This document shows, piece after piece, positions 1 through 8,949 of a stretch of 39,167 nt of DNA. Origin of the DNA: Promethearchaeia archaeon (lineage in GTDB: Archaea; Asgardarchaeota; Lokiarchaeia; Sigyniarchaeales; SOKP01); the NCBI GenBank assembly GCA_029856155.1, contig JAHQWL010000049.1:1-39167 (forward strand). The letters are read 5' to 3'. The notes below the pieces were generated by a model. The model saw only the letters and a list, made by a program, of their open reading frames with translations. It made no database searches and had not been told where the DNA came from. The first letter of the stretch is position 1; each line of letters starts with the position of its first letter. A program made the position numbers and the translations under genes.

Positions 1-1
1 A

Positions 2-2107
2 TTAAAAAACGGTAATAATGTGACTACATTTGATTTCCAATTAAGAATAATCTATGCAAATAGCAGCCTCATATCTATAACTAATCCTGGAGGTCAATTA
101 TCTGCTAAAGATAATTTTTACGAAACATTCATTGAAAGCAATATTAATATTGAATTTAATACAACAGATGCTCATTTTGGAACTATTATTCAAATTGCAC
201 CAGGAGTATCTTATACTATTTATTATACCAATATTGATACATTGCAAAGCGGAACCTTGATAAACACAATATCCGAAACAGTCTTACATTCTGGATCTTT
301 AAACATTTCCCAATTACCGGTCGGTAATTATTCATTTTCTATTATAGTGGCAAAAAATGGTAATAATGTGACATCGGTGAATTTTCTATTAAGAATCGTA
401 GATAAATATGAGACAAGAATTTTTGTTTATAAACCTAATGAGGTAAAGGCTGGACTGCCGTTCACAATACTTATCAGGGCGGAATATTTTGATGGTTTTG
501 ATTGGTTACCCATAGATGGATCAAATATGACTGTGATTCTATATTATAATAGTGGAAGTGGCGATTTCTATGATTATTATACTAATAGTACAGGAGAAAA
601 AGCTATTTTAATACCTACATATAGTGATACTTTAACGTTGAATATAACAATTCAATTAATTAGTGCTTATTATCACCAAGGATATACAACTGATGTTTCA
701 GACATTGACATTATTCCCATACCAGTAGGTTTTAGTTTTAAAGATATTTTGCCATACTTAATAATTGCGGGGATAGCTATTGCTGCTGTAGGAGGTTCAG
801 TTGGTATTTATCGGGGTGTAGTAGTGCCCAAAAAGCGTGAGAAATCACGTATTCTTACTGAAGTTAAAACCATTTTTGATGATGCAATCAATTTAGAACA
901 TGTTCTAGTATTATACAAGGGAACTGGCACGTGTATTTTTTTCAAATCATTCGGTTCTGAACAAGTTGATCCCGAGTTAATTTCGGGATTTATTTCAGCA
1001 ATAAGCAGTTTTGGTAAGGACTTAGTAAGCCAAGAAGAATTGAATGAAATATCTTATGGTGATAAAATGTTGCTCCTTTCAGACGGAGAAAACATTAGAG
1101 TCGCTTTAGTATTAGGTAAAAAAGCGTCACTCATTCTACGCAGAAATTTGATGGAATTCATACATATTTTTGAGAAAACTTATGCCAATGAGCTACCTAA
1201 TTGGAGAGGTCAACTAAACATATTTAGAGATGCTGGTACTATTATCGATGATGTATTAAATACTTCAATTATTTTACCACATGAAATTAGTTATGAAATT
1301 TCTAGTGCTAAAACACTAAAGAAGCCCCAATCTAGAGATGTTTTAAAAATCGCAAATAATCTAATGAAAGATTCGGAAAGGAATTTCTTCTTTATTGCTA
1401 CATTATTAAAAGAGACTACTGAAAAAACAGGTAAAGAAACAGCAGAGATTTTCATGGGAATCAAAGAATTAAGAGATAAGAAAATTTTAATGCCAATAGA
1501 AATTGCAGCTATTGAAACTCCACCAATTTCTCAACAAGAATTAAACCTTATTAACCAGAAAGTCACAGGATTGGTTAATTTATCACCTGAAGACAGACAA
1601 AAGTTGGTTAATGATCTTGCTCAAATGGGTCCTGCAGAAAGAGAAGCATACTTTGTGAGTTTGAGTGAACAACATGAAATTGTTTCTGCGCCGATTGAAT
1701 CACAACCGGAAGCTGCTGAAATAATAAACATAAAAGGAGCTAAAAAAGAAATTAAAATCTTAAAAAAGAATGCATTGAAGGCAAAGAAAGAGAATGATTA
1801 TGATACTTCAATAAAAATTTTCCATAATGCGGTAAAAATTGCAACAACTTGGGAATTAGCAAATGAGTCCCTAATATTAGATGATCTAATACGTATGACT
1901 AAAATCGAAGATCTTAACATTAAATTAAAAGCACTTGAAAAAGAAGCAAAATTAGCTGCTAAACAAGAACAATATAATGAAGCTGCGCAGAAATATAAAA
2001 TATCTTCAAAAATTGCATCGGAAATCTTTAAGTTAGGCGTAGATGATATGACGAAGGAAGTTAAGAGATTAACAAATAAAGCAAAAGAATTTGAAAAGCT
2101 AATATAA
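2..2107 (+). CDS. 5'-truncated single-pass membrane protein: extracellular beta-rich repeats, TM helix, cytoplasmic longin/roadblock-like domain, winged-helix-like region, C-terminal MIT/TPR-like helices
   Basis: Frame is open from base 2 (LKNGNNVTTF), so the GTG at 20 is probably internal. N-terminal part is rich in N/T/S/Y and NxS/T sequons; hydrophobic YLIIAGIAIAAVGGSVGIY is followed by KKREK; HVLVLYKGTGTCIF...DPELISGFISAISSFGKDL is typical of Asgard longin-like domains. Confidence 0.7.
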   Translation, partial: LKNGNNVTTFDFQLRIIYANSSLISITNPGGQLSAKDNFYETFIESNINIEFNTTDAHFGTIIQIAPGVSYTIYYTNIDTLQSGTLINTISETVLHSGSLNISQLPVGNYSFSIIVAKNGNNVTSVNFLLRIVDKYETRIFVYKPNEVKAGLPFTILIRAEYFDGFDWLPIDGSNMTVILYYNSGSGDFYDYYTNSTGEKAILIPTYSDTLTLNITIQLISAYYHQGYTTDVSDIDIIPIPVGFSFKDILPYLIIAGIAIAAVGGSVGIYRGVVVPKKREKSRILTEVKTIFDDAINLEHVLVLYKGTGTCIFFKSFGSEQVDPELISGFISAISSFGKDLVSQEELNEISYGDKMLLLSDGENIRVALVLGKKASLILRRNLMEFIHIFEKTYANELPNWRGQLNIFRDAGTIIDDVLNTSIILPHEISYEISSAKTLKKPQSRDVLKIANNLMKDSERNFFFIATLLKETTEKTGKETAEIFMGIKELRDKKILMPIEIAAIETPPISQQELNLINQKVTGLVNLSPEDRQKLVNDLAQMGPAEREAYFVSLSEQHEIVSAPIESQPEAAEIINIKGAKKEIKILKKNALKAKKENDYDTSIKIFHNAVKIATTWELANESLILDDLIRMTKIEDLNIKLKALEKEAKLAAKQEQYNEAAQKYKISSKIASEIFKLGVDDMTKEVKRLTNKAKEFEKLI

Positions 2108-2111
2108 TTAA

Positions 2112-2126
2112 TTTTTTTTTTTTTTT
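2112..2126 (+). terminator. T15 tract, putative archaeal oligo(U) terminator
   Basis: 15 consecutive T four bases after the stop at 2107. Confidence 0.55.
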
Positions 2127-2250
2127 CTTTAATTAAGATTCTCAGTACTTATATTCATAATTTCTTAAATAAATTAGGGTAGATCTTAAAAATAGTCAAT
2201 ACATTTATATCTATAATAGTAAGTAATAATATTTAGAGAATTTCAATAAT

Positions 2251-2775
2251 GTGATTTTTAAAATGTTCACTGGATTCATTAAGAAACGAAAAGTAAAAAA
2301 GGAAAAGGACGTAAAAGAGATTAACACTTCAGATAGTTTAGTTGAAAACACTATTATACAAAAAGAAGATACGATTATTGAGCCTGTAGAGAAAATATCT
2401 CAGAGAATAACAAATGATAAGAAACCTATAGTAGATTATCAAGAGATACAAAGAATACAAGATAAAGTTAAACTGAAAGGAAATATTAGAGAACAAGATC
2501 AAAAAACTAGTTTATTTTCATCCGATTTCAATCACGATGAATCTCTGATAGTCCCATTAAAAATTAAAGAAAAAATCGAAAGAATTATTTTAAAGATTCT
2601 ATATGATCAAAAAGCAGTAAAATCCTTAAAAGAATTAACTGAAAAAGCCTTAGACAGAGCAGCTAAAGAGAGAATCACGATTTCTGAAAAGTCTATAAAT
2701 TTGATAATTCTTCAAATAAATAAAGATGAAAAGATTCAATTCACTCAAAAAGATGGCTGGAAAATAAGAATTTAA
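2251..2775 (+). CDS. hypothetical protein with probable C-terminal winged-helix domain
   Basis: 174-aa ORF with charged low-complexity N-half. C-terminal IERIILKIL...SLKEL...SINLIILQINKDEKIQFTQKDGWKI fits three helices plus a beta-wing. Start may be the ATG at 2263. Confidence 0.55.
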   Translation: MIFKMFTGFIKKRKVKKEKDVKEINTSDSLVENTIIQKEDTIIEPVEKISQRITNDKKPIVDYQEIQRIQDKVKLKGNIREQDQKTSLFSSDFNHDESLIVPLKIKEKIERIILKILYDQKAVKSLKELTEKALDRAAKERITISEKSINLIILQINKDEKIQFTQKDGWKIRI

Positions 2776-2812
2776 TTTTAATTTGGGATTCTAACAATTT
2801 TTAGTTTTTTAA

Positions 2813-4078
2813 CTAGTCAGTTATACCATTTTCAGTTATAGAGAAGATAGCATCCGCTTCTGGTAGATGTGGAGCATCAACAATTTTAGCGATTCTCTGC
2901 TCTCCTTTACCCTTCCTTAAATAAACTCTAATTGTAGAACCATGTGCTACAATATTACCCCCAGCGGCTTGTATTGGGTTTCCATAAAAAACATCCGGCT
3001 TAGATTGAACTTGATTAGTCACAACGACTGCCAAATTTGGATATATATCACATAATCTTAATAAATCATGCAAATGGGCATTAATTGTCTGCTGACGATT
3101 TGCTAAAGTACCACGTCCTATATACTCACTTCGAAAGTGTCCAATTAAAGAATCAACTACAATTAATTTGATATTTCTTTCTTTAATTATATTTGCAGCT
3201 TCTTTAATCAGGAGAATTTGGTGATCGCTATTATATGCACGGCCAAAAATAATATTTTTCAACACTTTTTTATGGTCCATATCTAAACCTTCAGCCATCT
3301 GGATAATTCTTTCTGGTCTAAATGTACCTTCCGTGTCTATATATAAAGCATTTCCTTCAATTCCCCCATTCTCCTCGGACATCTGAACATTTACGCATAA
3401 TTGATGCATTATTTGAGTTTTTCCGGTTCTAAATTCTCCAAAAAACTCTATCACACTACCAGTTTCAACACCACCACCTAAGGAGTCATCTAATTCTTGA
3501 CTACCCGTTGTTATTCGAGCGATATTTTTTCTGTGTTCCCATACATCTTCTGCGGATTTAAAACCAATATTTAATTGTTCCATACTCGATTTAATTAATT
3601 TTTCAGTTGTTTTTTCTCCTAAGCCGCTTTCTTCCTGTATAATTTTGGGTGGGGTAAATGCTATTGATTCTAAACTAGAAAATCCTGCTTTTATTAATTT
3701 GTTTAATGTAGCTTCTCCTACACCGGGAAGCTTTTTTACGGCGTCGACACATTCTTTTATACTTTCTATATTACTTAGATCATCTTCCCCATCTAATTCT
3801 AAATCATCTTCTAATTGATTTTCAGCCTCAATTTTATTAACTTGATTATCAATTCCCTCAAATGCTTCAATCAATTCTACCTCATCATCATAATCATCAT
3901 TATTTAATTCAATGTTTTCATCTAATTCGTTATCGTTATCATCTTTTTCAAATAAAGCAAAATTTAAATGTTCTTTATAGATTTTCCCTTTTGTATGATT
4001 ACGTTTGCATTCTTTGCAAAAATAAGGATTACCCATTTCAAAACCATTATTTTCTTCAATTTCTGTTGCCTTAGCCAT
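2813..4078 (-). CDS. radA: DNA repair and recombination protein RadA with N-terminal extension
   Basis: HhH domain (LPGVGEAT), FxxA polymerisation motif (GFKSA), Walker A GEFRTGKTQ, YIDTEGTFRPERI, Walker B LIVVDS, VVVTNQV. Confidence 0.95.
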   Translation of the reverse strand: MAKATEIEENNGFEMGNPYFCKECKRNHTKGKIYKEHLNFALFEKDDNDNELDENIELNNDDYDDEVELIEAFEGIDNQVNKIEAENQLEDDLELDGEDDLSNIESIKECVDAVKKLPGVGEATLNKLIKAGFSSLESIAFTPPKIIQEESGLGEKTTEKLIKSSMEQLNIGFKSAEDVWEHRKNIARITTGSQELDDSLGGGVETGSVIEFFGEFRTGKTQIMHQLCVNVQMSEENGGIEGNALYIDTEGTFRPERIIQMAEGLDMDHKKVLKNIIFGRAYNSDHQILLIKEAANIIKERNIKLIVVDSLIGHFRSEYIGRGTLANRQQTINAHLHDLLRLCDIYPNLAVVVTNQVQSKPDVFYGNPIQAAGGNIVAHGSTIRVYLRKGKGEQRIAKIVDAPHLPEADAIFSITENGITD

Positions 4079-4339
4079 ATAAGATCATCAAAATAAGTGT
4101 AATTTTTATAGATACTATTTATTATGCATAGTTGGATGCATCCTTATTTTAACTAAAATAGAGTTCTAATTTTCAAATTTTCTTTTAGTGATGAAAAAGC
4201 AAGGAACGACAAAATTCTATAATTTTTAACTGTGCTAATAATTTCTTTATCTCTATGGTTAATAAATAAAATAATATATACATGAATAGATTATATAAAG
4301 TTATTATCAAAATCACTAAATTATACTGGATGAAATCTT

Positions 4340-5578
4340 ATGAAAATAGAAGTAGAATTTGAATGTTATCCAGAAATAAGTAATTCAATGGTAGAAGATT
4401 CTATTAATCTTATTAAGAAGAATAAAGAGAATTGGGATCCTCCTTTTTTCTTTGACACGAAGTCTTATATAGATCTACCAAAACTTCAAAAAATTACAGA
4501 ACAATTTATTACTGATAAGCTTAAAAATATTATAGTTTTAGGTACAGGAGGTTCAATTCAGACTTTACTTGCTTTAAAACATTTAGCGAAAAGAAAAATA
4601 TTTCCTGTTACTAGTTCCAGAGTTGTAGAATTAAAGGGATGTTTAGATAAAACATCTCCAGAAGATTCAATTGTAATTCCAATATCGAGAGGAGGGGAAA
4701 CCTTAGATATTAATTCAACAATTGGAACTTTTCTTAAGTTGGGCTACAAATTTATAGGTCTCTCTTCCATGGGCACTATGAACACAATTCTTAAAAAAAT
4801 AGATTGTCCTATATTAGATGTACCTAATCTTTCTGGACGATATGCTGGGTCTGTTACTAATGTTGGAATTGTTCCAGCATATATAGCTGGCATTGATGTT
4901 AAAGAATTTTTAAAAGGATTAGAAAATAGTTATGAAATGTTTTCAAAATGCGAAAAACAACCATCCATAGAACTTGCAACATTTCTGTTTAACTTATATA
5001 AAAAAGGTTATAATGTGGTTTTTTCAATGCCGTATTCAAAAAACCTTGAGGGATCTGTTGGATTATGGGTTCAAGGATTATCGGAAAGCACAGGTAAAGA
5101 TGAAAAAGGAATGATTGGTACTTATCAATCTGCTCCAATTTGCCAACATTCTGTTTTAGAATATCTATTAGGAGGAACCAAAGGAATCGTCATACCTACA
5201 TTATGGACAATTGATAATGAAGATCCTGACATTTTCTTAAATTCCTCTATTACGTATGTAGATGGTCAGAGTGCTCAAACCATTGTTGACTATCAAGCGA
5301 ATGCAACATTCCAGGCTTTAATTCAACAACAAGTACCATCAGCTAAAATTTCAATTGGAAACCCATCGGAGAGTAATATTGGACATCTTGTGGCGTTTAT
5401 ATTATCATCTATTTATTATCTTTGTTTACTACTTAATGTAAATTGGGCAAATAATCCTAAAGTTATCATCGGTAAAAAAATTTGTAATGAAGCTCTTAAA
5501 GAAAGAATTTCTCCAGCCCAAGGGAAAAAAATCAGAAAAGAAATTGCACGAGAAAAGTTCAGGGTGTTTTTTAATTAA
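4340..5578 (+). CDS. pgi: glucose-6-phosphate isomerase-like SIS-domain protein
   Basis: LGTGGS, ISRGGET, GRY, QGLSESTGK (catalytic Glu), QHS (His) and PKVIIGKK (Lys) match PGI motifs, though divergent. Confidence 0.75.
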   Translation: MKIEVEFECYPEISNSMVEDSINLIKKNKENWDPPFFFDTKSYIDLPKLQKITEQFITDKLKNIIVLGTGGSIQTLLALKHLAKRKIFPVTSSRVVELKGCLDKTSPEDSIVIPISRGGETLDINSTIGTFLKLGYKFIGLSSMGTMNTILKKIDCPILDVPNLSGRYAGSVTNVGIVPAYIAGIDVKEFLKGLENSYEMFSKCEKQPSIELATFLFNLYKKGYNVVFSMPYSKNLEGSVGLWVQGLSESTGKDEKGMIGTYQSAPICQHSVLEYLLGGTKGIVIPTLWTIDNEDPDIFLNSSITYVDGQSAQTIVDYQANATFQALIQQQVPSAKISIGNPSESNIGHLVAFILSSIYYLCLLLNVNWANNPKVIIGKKICNEALKERISPAQGKKIRKEIAREKFRVFFN

Positions 5579-5790
5579 GCTAGTAATATTAATTTCACAT
5601 TTTAATTTTAGGTTAAGAGGTAAAAAGATTTGCTTGAATAAAAGTAGCAGAGATTTTTGATACAATTTAGTAAAATAATTTTCGCAAATAGTCTTAAAAT
5701 GACAATTATAACTTTTTATTAATTAAAATAGATAAAATTTATATTATAGGTTAAAAAAGCGTTAAAATGTCTACTTCTGCAAAAAAATAA

Positions 5791-6876
5791 TTAAAAGATA
5801 AAAATGATGATTGCTATTGCTACTAAACAGCCTAATATCGAAGATCCATAGGTCATTAGATGATTACCTACTCTGAAATTAACATGGATTATTTTAAAGT
5901 CAATATCAATAGTAAAAATGTTTTCATTAGTTATTAAATGACCATATAGAATTAAAGGAGTTAAATACCTCACATATAATCTTTTCCAGAACATTATTGA
6001 AAACATTACTATAATTGAGAAAAACGTGATTTCTAATAGATCTGCTTTTTTAACACGAAAAATGAGATATCCAAGGAAAATTATTAAAAACAAACCTAAT
6101 TTAACAAAGATTGATATTTCATTTAAACCTTGGATATTGGAACCCGAAAGCCATCCCACATAAAGATCTAAATAATTTGGTAAATATAATAATGGAGAAA
6201 TTAGAAAAATTAAAATTGGTGTTCCGAGGAAAATTATAAATTTCTTCATCTCTTTCCAATCTTTTTCCAATAAAAATTTAATGAAGAAATATGGGGCAGC
6301 GGGTAATGTAAACCATTTTGTACACATTGTGAGCCCTGAAAATAAATAAAATTTTGATTTATTTTCATCTAAAAAATAAAATAATGAAAGTGTCAAAAAA
6401 ATATAAAAAAAGGAATCCGTAATATGATACCCGCAATTTATTGGACTAAAAACATTGTTTAAAATGATAAAAGGATTAATTAGAAATACTCCAAAAATTA
6501 GAATGATATTGGGAATATTATATTTTTTAAGAATAAAATAATATGAAAGAGATACTAAAAATTCTAAAAGAAAAGCATAAAAAGCAAAAAATTCTAGACT
6601 ACCAAAAGATATGAATTTAAAGAAGACTAATAAATATAATGTTAAAGGTGGATATTCTAGCTTAGTAGGACTCCAAACCCATTCTCCAGTAAACATAGTA
6701 TTTGTCGTATTAAAATTAATTCTTAAATCGCCCCAAGAAACACTTGGATCTAGATGAATTATGTAATAATAAATTAACATAAATATTCTAATCGCAATAC
6801 CGATTGTAATTAACAAGAGCCCTATTACACGTGTATTTTTAATTTTCCACAGCGTTTCATTATTATTATCTTTCAA
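5791..6876 (-). CDS. polytopic GT-C fold glycosyltransferase (GT87/PIG-M-like)
   Basis: About 10 TM segments; acidic residue after TM1 (WGD), EYPPL motif, INP, and a TKWF motif like the K-x-Y/F-P of GT-C enzymes. Confidence 0.65.
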   Translation of the reverse strand: MKDNNNETLWKIKNTRVIGLLLITIGIAIRIFMLIYYYIIHLDPSVSWGDLRINFNTTNTMFTGEWVWSPTKLEYPPLTLYLLVFFKFISFGSLEFFAFYAFLLEFLVSLSYYFILKKYNIPNIILIFGVFLINPFIILNNVFSPINCGYHITDSFFYIFLTLSLFYFLDENKSKFYLFSGLTMCTKWFTLPAAPYFFIKFLLEKDWKEMKKFIIFLGTPILIFLISPLLYLPNYLDLYVGWLSGSNIQGLNEISIFVKLGLFLIIFLGYLIFRVKKADLLEITFFSIIVMFSIMFWKRLYVRYLTPLILYGHLITNENIFTIDIDFKIIHVNFRVGNHLMTYGSSILGCLVAIAIIIFIF

Positions 6877-7012
6877 TATTATTTACACTTACCTGTGTTT
6901 TAACTAAAAATATAAATTTTCAAAAGATTCATTAAATTAAAATTTACTTATAGACTCAATTACATATTTAAATAAAATAAAATATCGATTTGGATAATAT
7001 AGAAAAAGGGTA

Positions 7013-7741
7013 TTGATTGAGAAAAAAATAGAATTAAGCATTATAGTTCCTGCTTATAATGAAGAATATAGGATTCCTCATTTTTTGAAAAAATTGATTA
7101 GTTTTGCTATTATTAATTTAAAGAATTATGAAATCATAATAGTTAATGATGGATCAATTGATAATACTAAAAAGATTGTGGCTAATTTAATAAATAATTA
7201 TAAAAACATAAAACTCATTAGTTACGATGAAAATAGAGGAAAGGGGTATGCTATACTTCAAGGCATACTAAATTCTACAGGTGACTTTATCCTTTTTATG
7301 GATGCAGATGGTTCAACAACTCCAGAGGAAATTCTCAATATGCTTCAAATTCGTAAAAAATATGATCCTGATATTATAATTGGGACTAGAATTGCTAAGG
7401 AGTCTACTATTACTATTCCTCAACCCATTAGTAGAAAAATATTAAGTAAATTTTTTAATATATATTCAAATCTATTGTTTAAACTAAAATTAGATGATTT
7501 ATTATGCGGATTTAAAGGATTTAATAGACATGTAGCACTACAAATATTCAAAGATTTAATATCATATAGATGGGAATTTGATGTTGAAATTTTGTATAAA
7601 GCAAGAAAAAAAAATTTTTCAATTAATCAAGTTCCAATAAGATGGAAGCATAAAGAAGGGTCAAAAATTAAAAAAATTGACCCGCTTTTTATTCTTTTAA
7701 ATTTACTTAAGTTAAAATTAAAGCTTCAAAGAAAAATATGA
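7013..7741 (+). CDS. GT2 polyprenyl/dolichyl-phosphate hexosyltransferase (Alg5/DPM1-like)
   Basis: SIIVPAYNEE, VNDGSID, NRGKG, FMDADGS, CGFK, WEFDVEIL, VPIRW, GSK. Confidence 0.85.
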   Translation: MIEKKIELSIIVPAYNEEYRIPHFLKKLISFAIINLKNYEIIIVNDGSIDNTKKIVANLINNYKNIKLISYDENRGKGYAILQGILNSTGDFILFMDADGSTTPEEILNMLQIRKKYDPDIIIGTRIAKESTITIPQPISRKILSKFFNIYSNLLFKLKLDDLLCGFKGFNRHVALQIFKDLISYRWEFDVEILYKARKKNFSINQVPIRWKHKEGSKIKKIDPLFILLNLLKLKLKLQRKI

Positions 7742-7745
7742 AAAC

Positions 7746-8771
7746 TCAATTTAAAACGTCAATATCCTCTACTTTTTTAATATGAAATGTTTTAAATTTA
7801 AAATTTATTGAAATTGTTGAAATACCTCCATAAATAAAAACGTAAACTATCCGAAGAATATGGTCTAATATAAAAATGGATAAAATAATCTCATAAGAGG
7901 GAAAAACAGGATAAAAAATTGAAATTAAAGTAGCTCCAGTAATTTCAGATACACCCCAACCTCCTGGAGTTATAGGTATTGTTTTTGTAAAAAATGTTAT
8001 GATTTGGGCTAAAATAATTATAAAAAAATTGATTTTATAACCAACTAAATAAAATAAAATTACTAATGTCAAGGATTCGAAAAACCAAGTAGGAATATTC
8101 AGGAGAAATACCCAAATTATCCGTTTAGTATCTTTTCGGAAATCTTTCAATCCTTCAACAAATCTATTTATAAACTTTTCTATGAATTTCTTTAATTTAG
8201 TAGAAAATTTTTCCAGTACACGTAATACCCATTCAGTTTTAAAAAACAGAAGCAATAATAAAAGAAATCCAAATAGTAATATTAAAGCACCAATGCCAAC
8301 AAATAAGTTTAAATTTAATTGAGTTGAGTATGAAAAATCAGATATATAAATTAAAACCAAAGTAAAACAAGTTATAGAAAAGAGAATTATTAAATCTATA
8401 AACCGTTCTATTAATACAGCACAGAAACATTTACTAAAAGGAAAAGAAAATTCTTTTTGGTGAATATACTCCATTTTTGCAATATCTCCAATCTTTGCGG
8501 GAGTTAACTCATTTATAGCCCAACCAGCCCCAATCGCACCATAAATTGTTAAATAACTGGGATTAATATTTATTCCCTTAAATATTAATTTCAACTTGTA
8601 TGTACGGAAAATGAATGCAGCTGTATATGTTGCACAGAATAAAATAATACCTGCTAAAGATATTCTTTTCAAATTTACAAAAATATTTTGATAATCTACA
8701 AAAATTATCATTAAGAAAATAATAAGAATCGTGCAACATCCAATTATGATACGTTTTGTTTTTAATTCCAT
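7746..8771 (-). CDS. lysylphosphatidylglycerol-synthase TM (UPF0104) flippase-like membrane protein
   Basis: Polytopic; NELTPAKIGD, ERFID and PITPGGWGVSE motifs. Confidence 0.8.
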   Translation of the reverse strand: MELKTKRIIIGCCTILIIFLMIIFVDYQNIFVNLKRISLAGIILFCATYTAAFIFRTYKLKLIFKGININPSYLTIYGAIGAGWAINELTPAKIGDIAKMEYIHQKEFSFPFSKCFCAVLIERFIDLIILFSITCFTLVLIYISDFSYSTQLNLNLFVGIGALILLFGFLLLLLLFFKTEWVLRVLEKFSTKLKKFIEKFINRFVEGLKDFRKDTKRIIWVFLLNIPTWFFESLTLVILFYLVGYKINFFIIILAQIITFFTKTIPITPGGWGVSEITGATLISIFYPVFPSYEIILSIFILDHILRIVYVFIYGGISTISINFKFKTFHIKKVEDIDVLN

Positions 8772-8949
8772 GTTGAGAAATCAGAATTAAAAATATTAAA
8801 TAAATTTATATATTCTTTAAAGGTAAATTTTATCTTTACATGAAATTAATCAATTTTTAGCAAGAAAACTAGAATAAATTTTATTTTGTTAAGAATAATT
8901 AATATCTATATACGTCTAATTTCTTTAAACCAATTTAGTATCAAATATA

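Noticed and set aside
4188-4250. GTGATGA C-box-like motif upstream of radA/pgi (C/D sRNA)
   Set aside because: No CTGA D-box at a suitable distance.
5429-5665. 78-aa minus-strand ORF overlapping the pgi 3' end
   Set aside because: Mostly antisense to pgi, low complexity, no motif.
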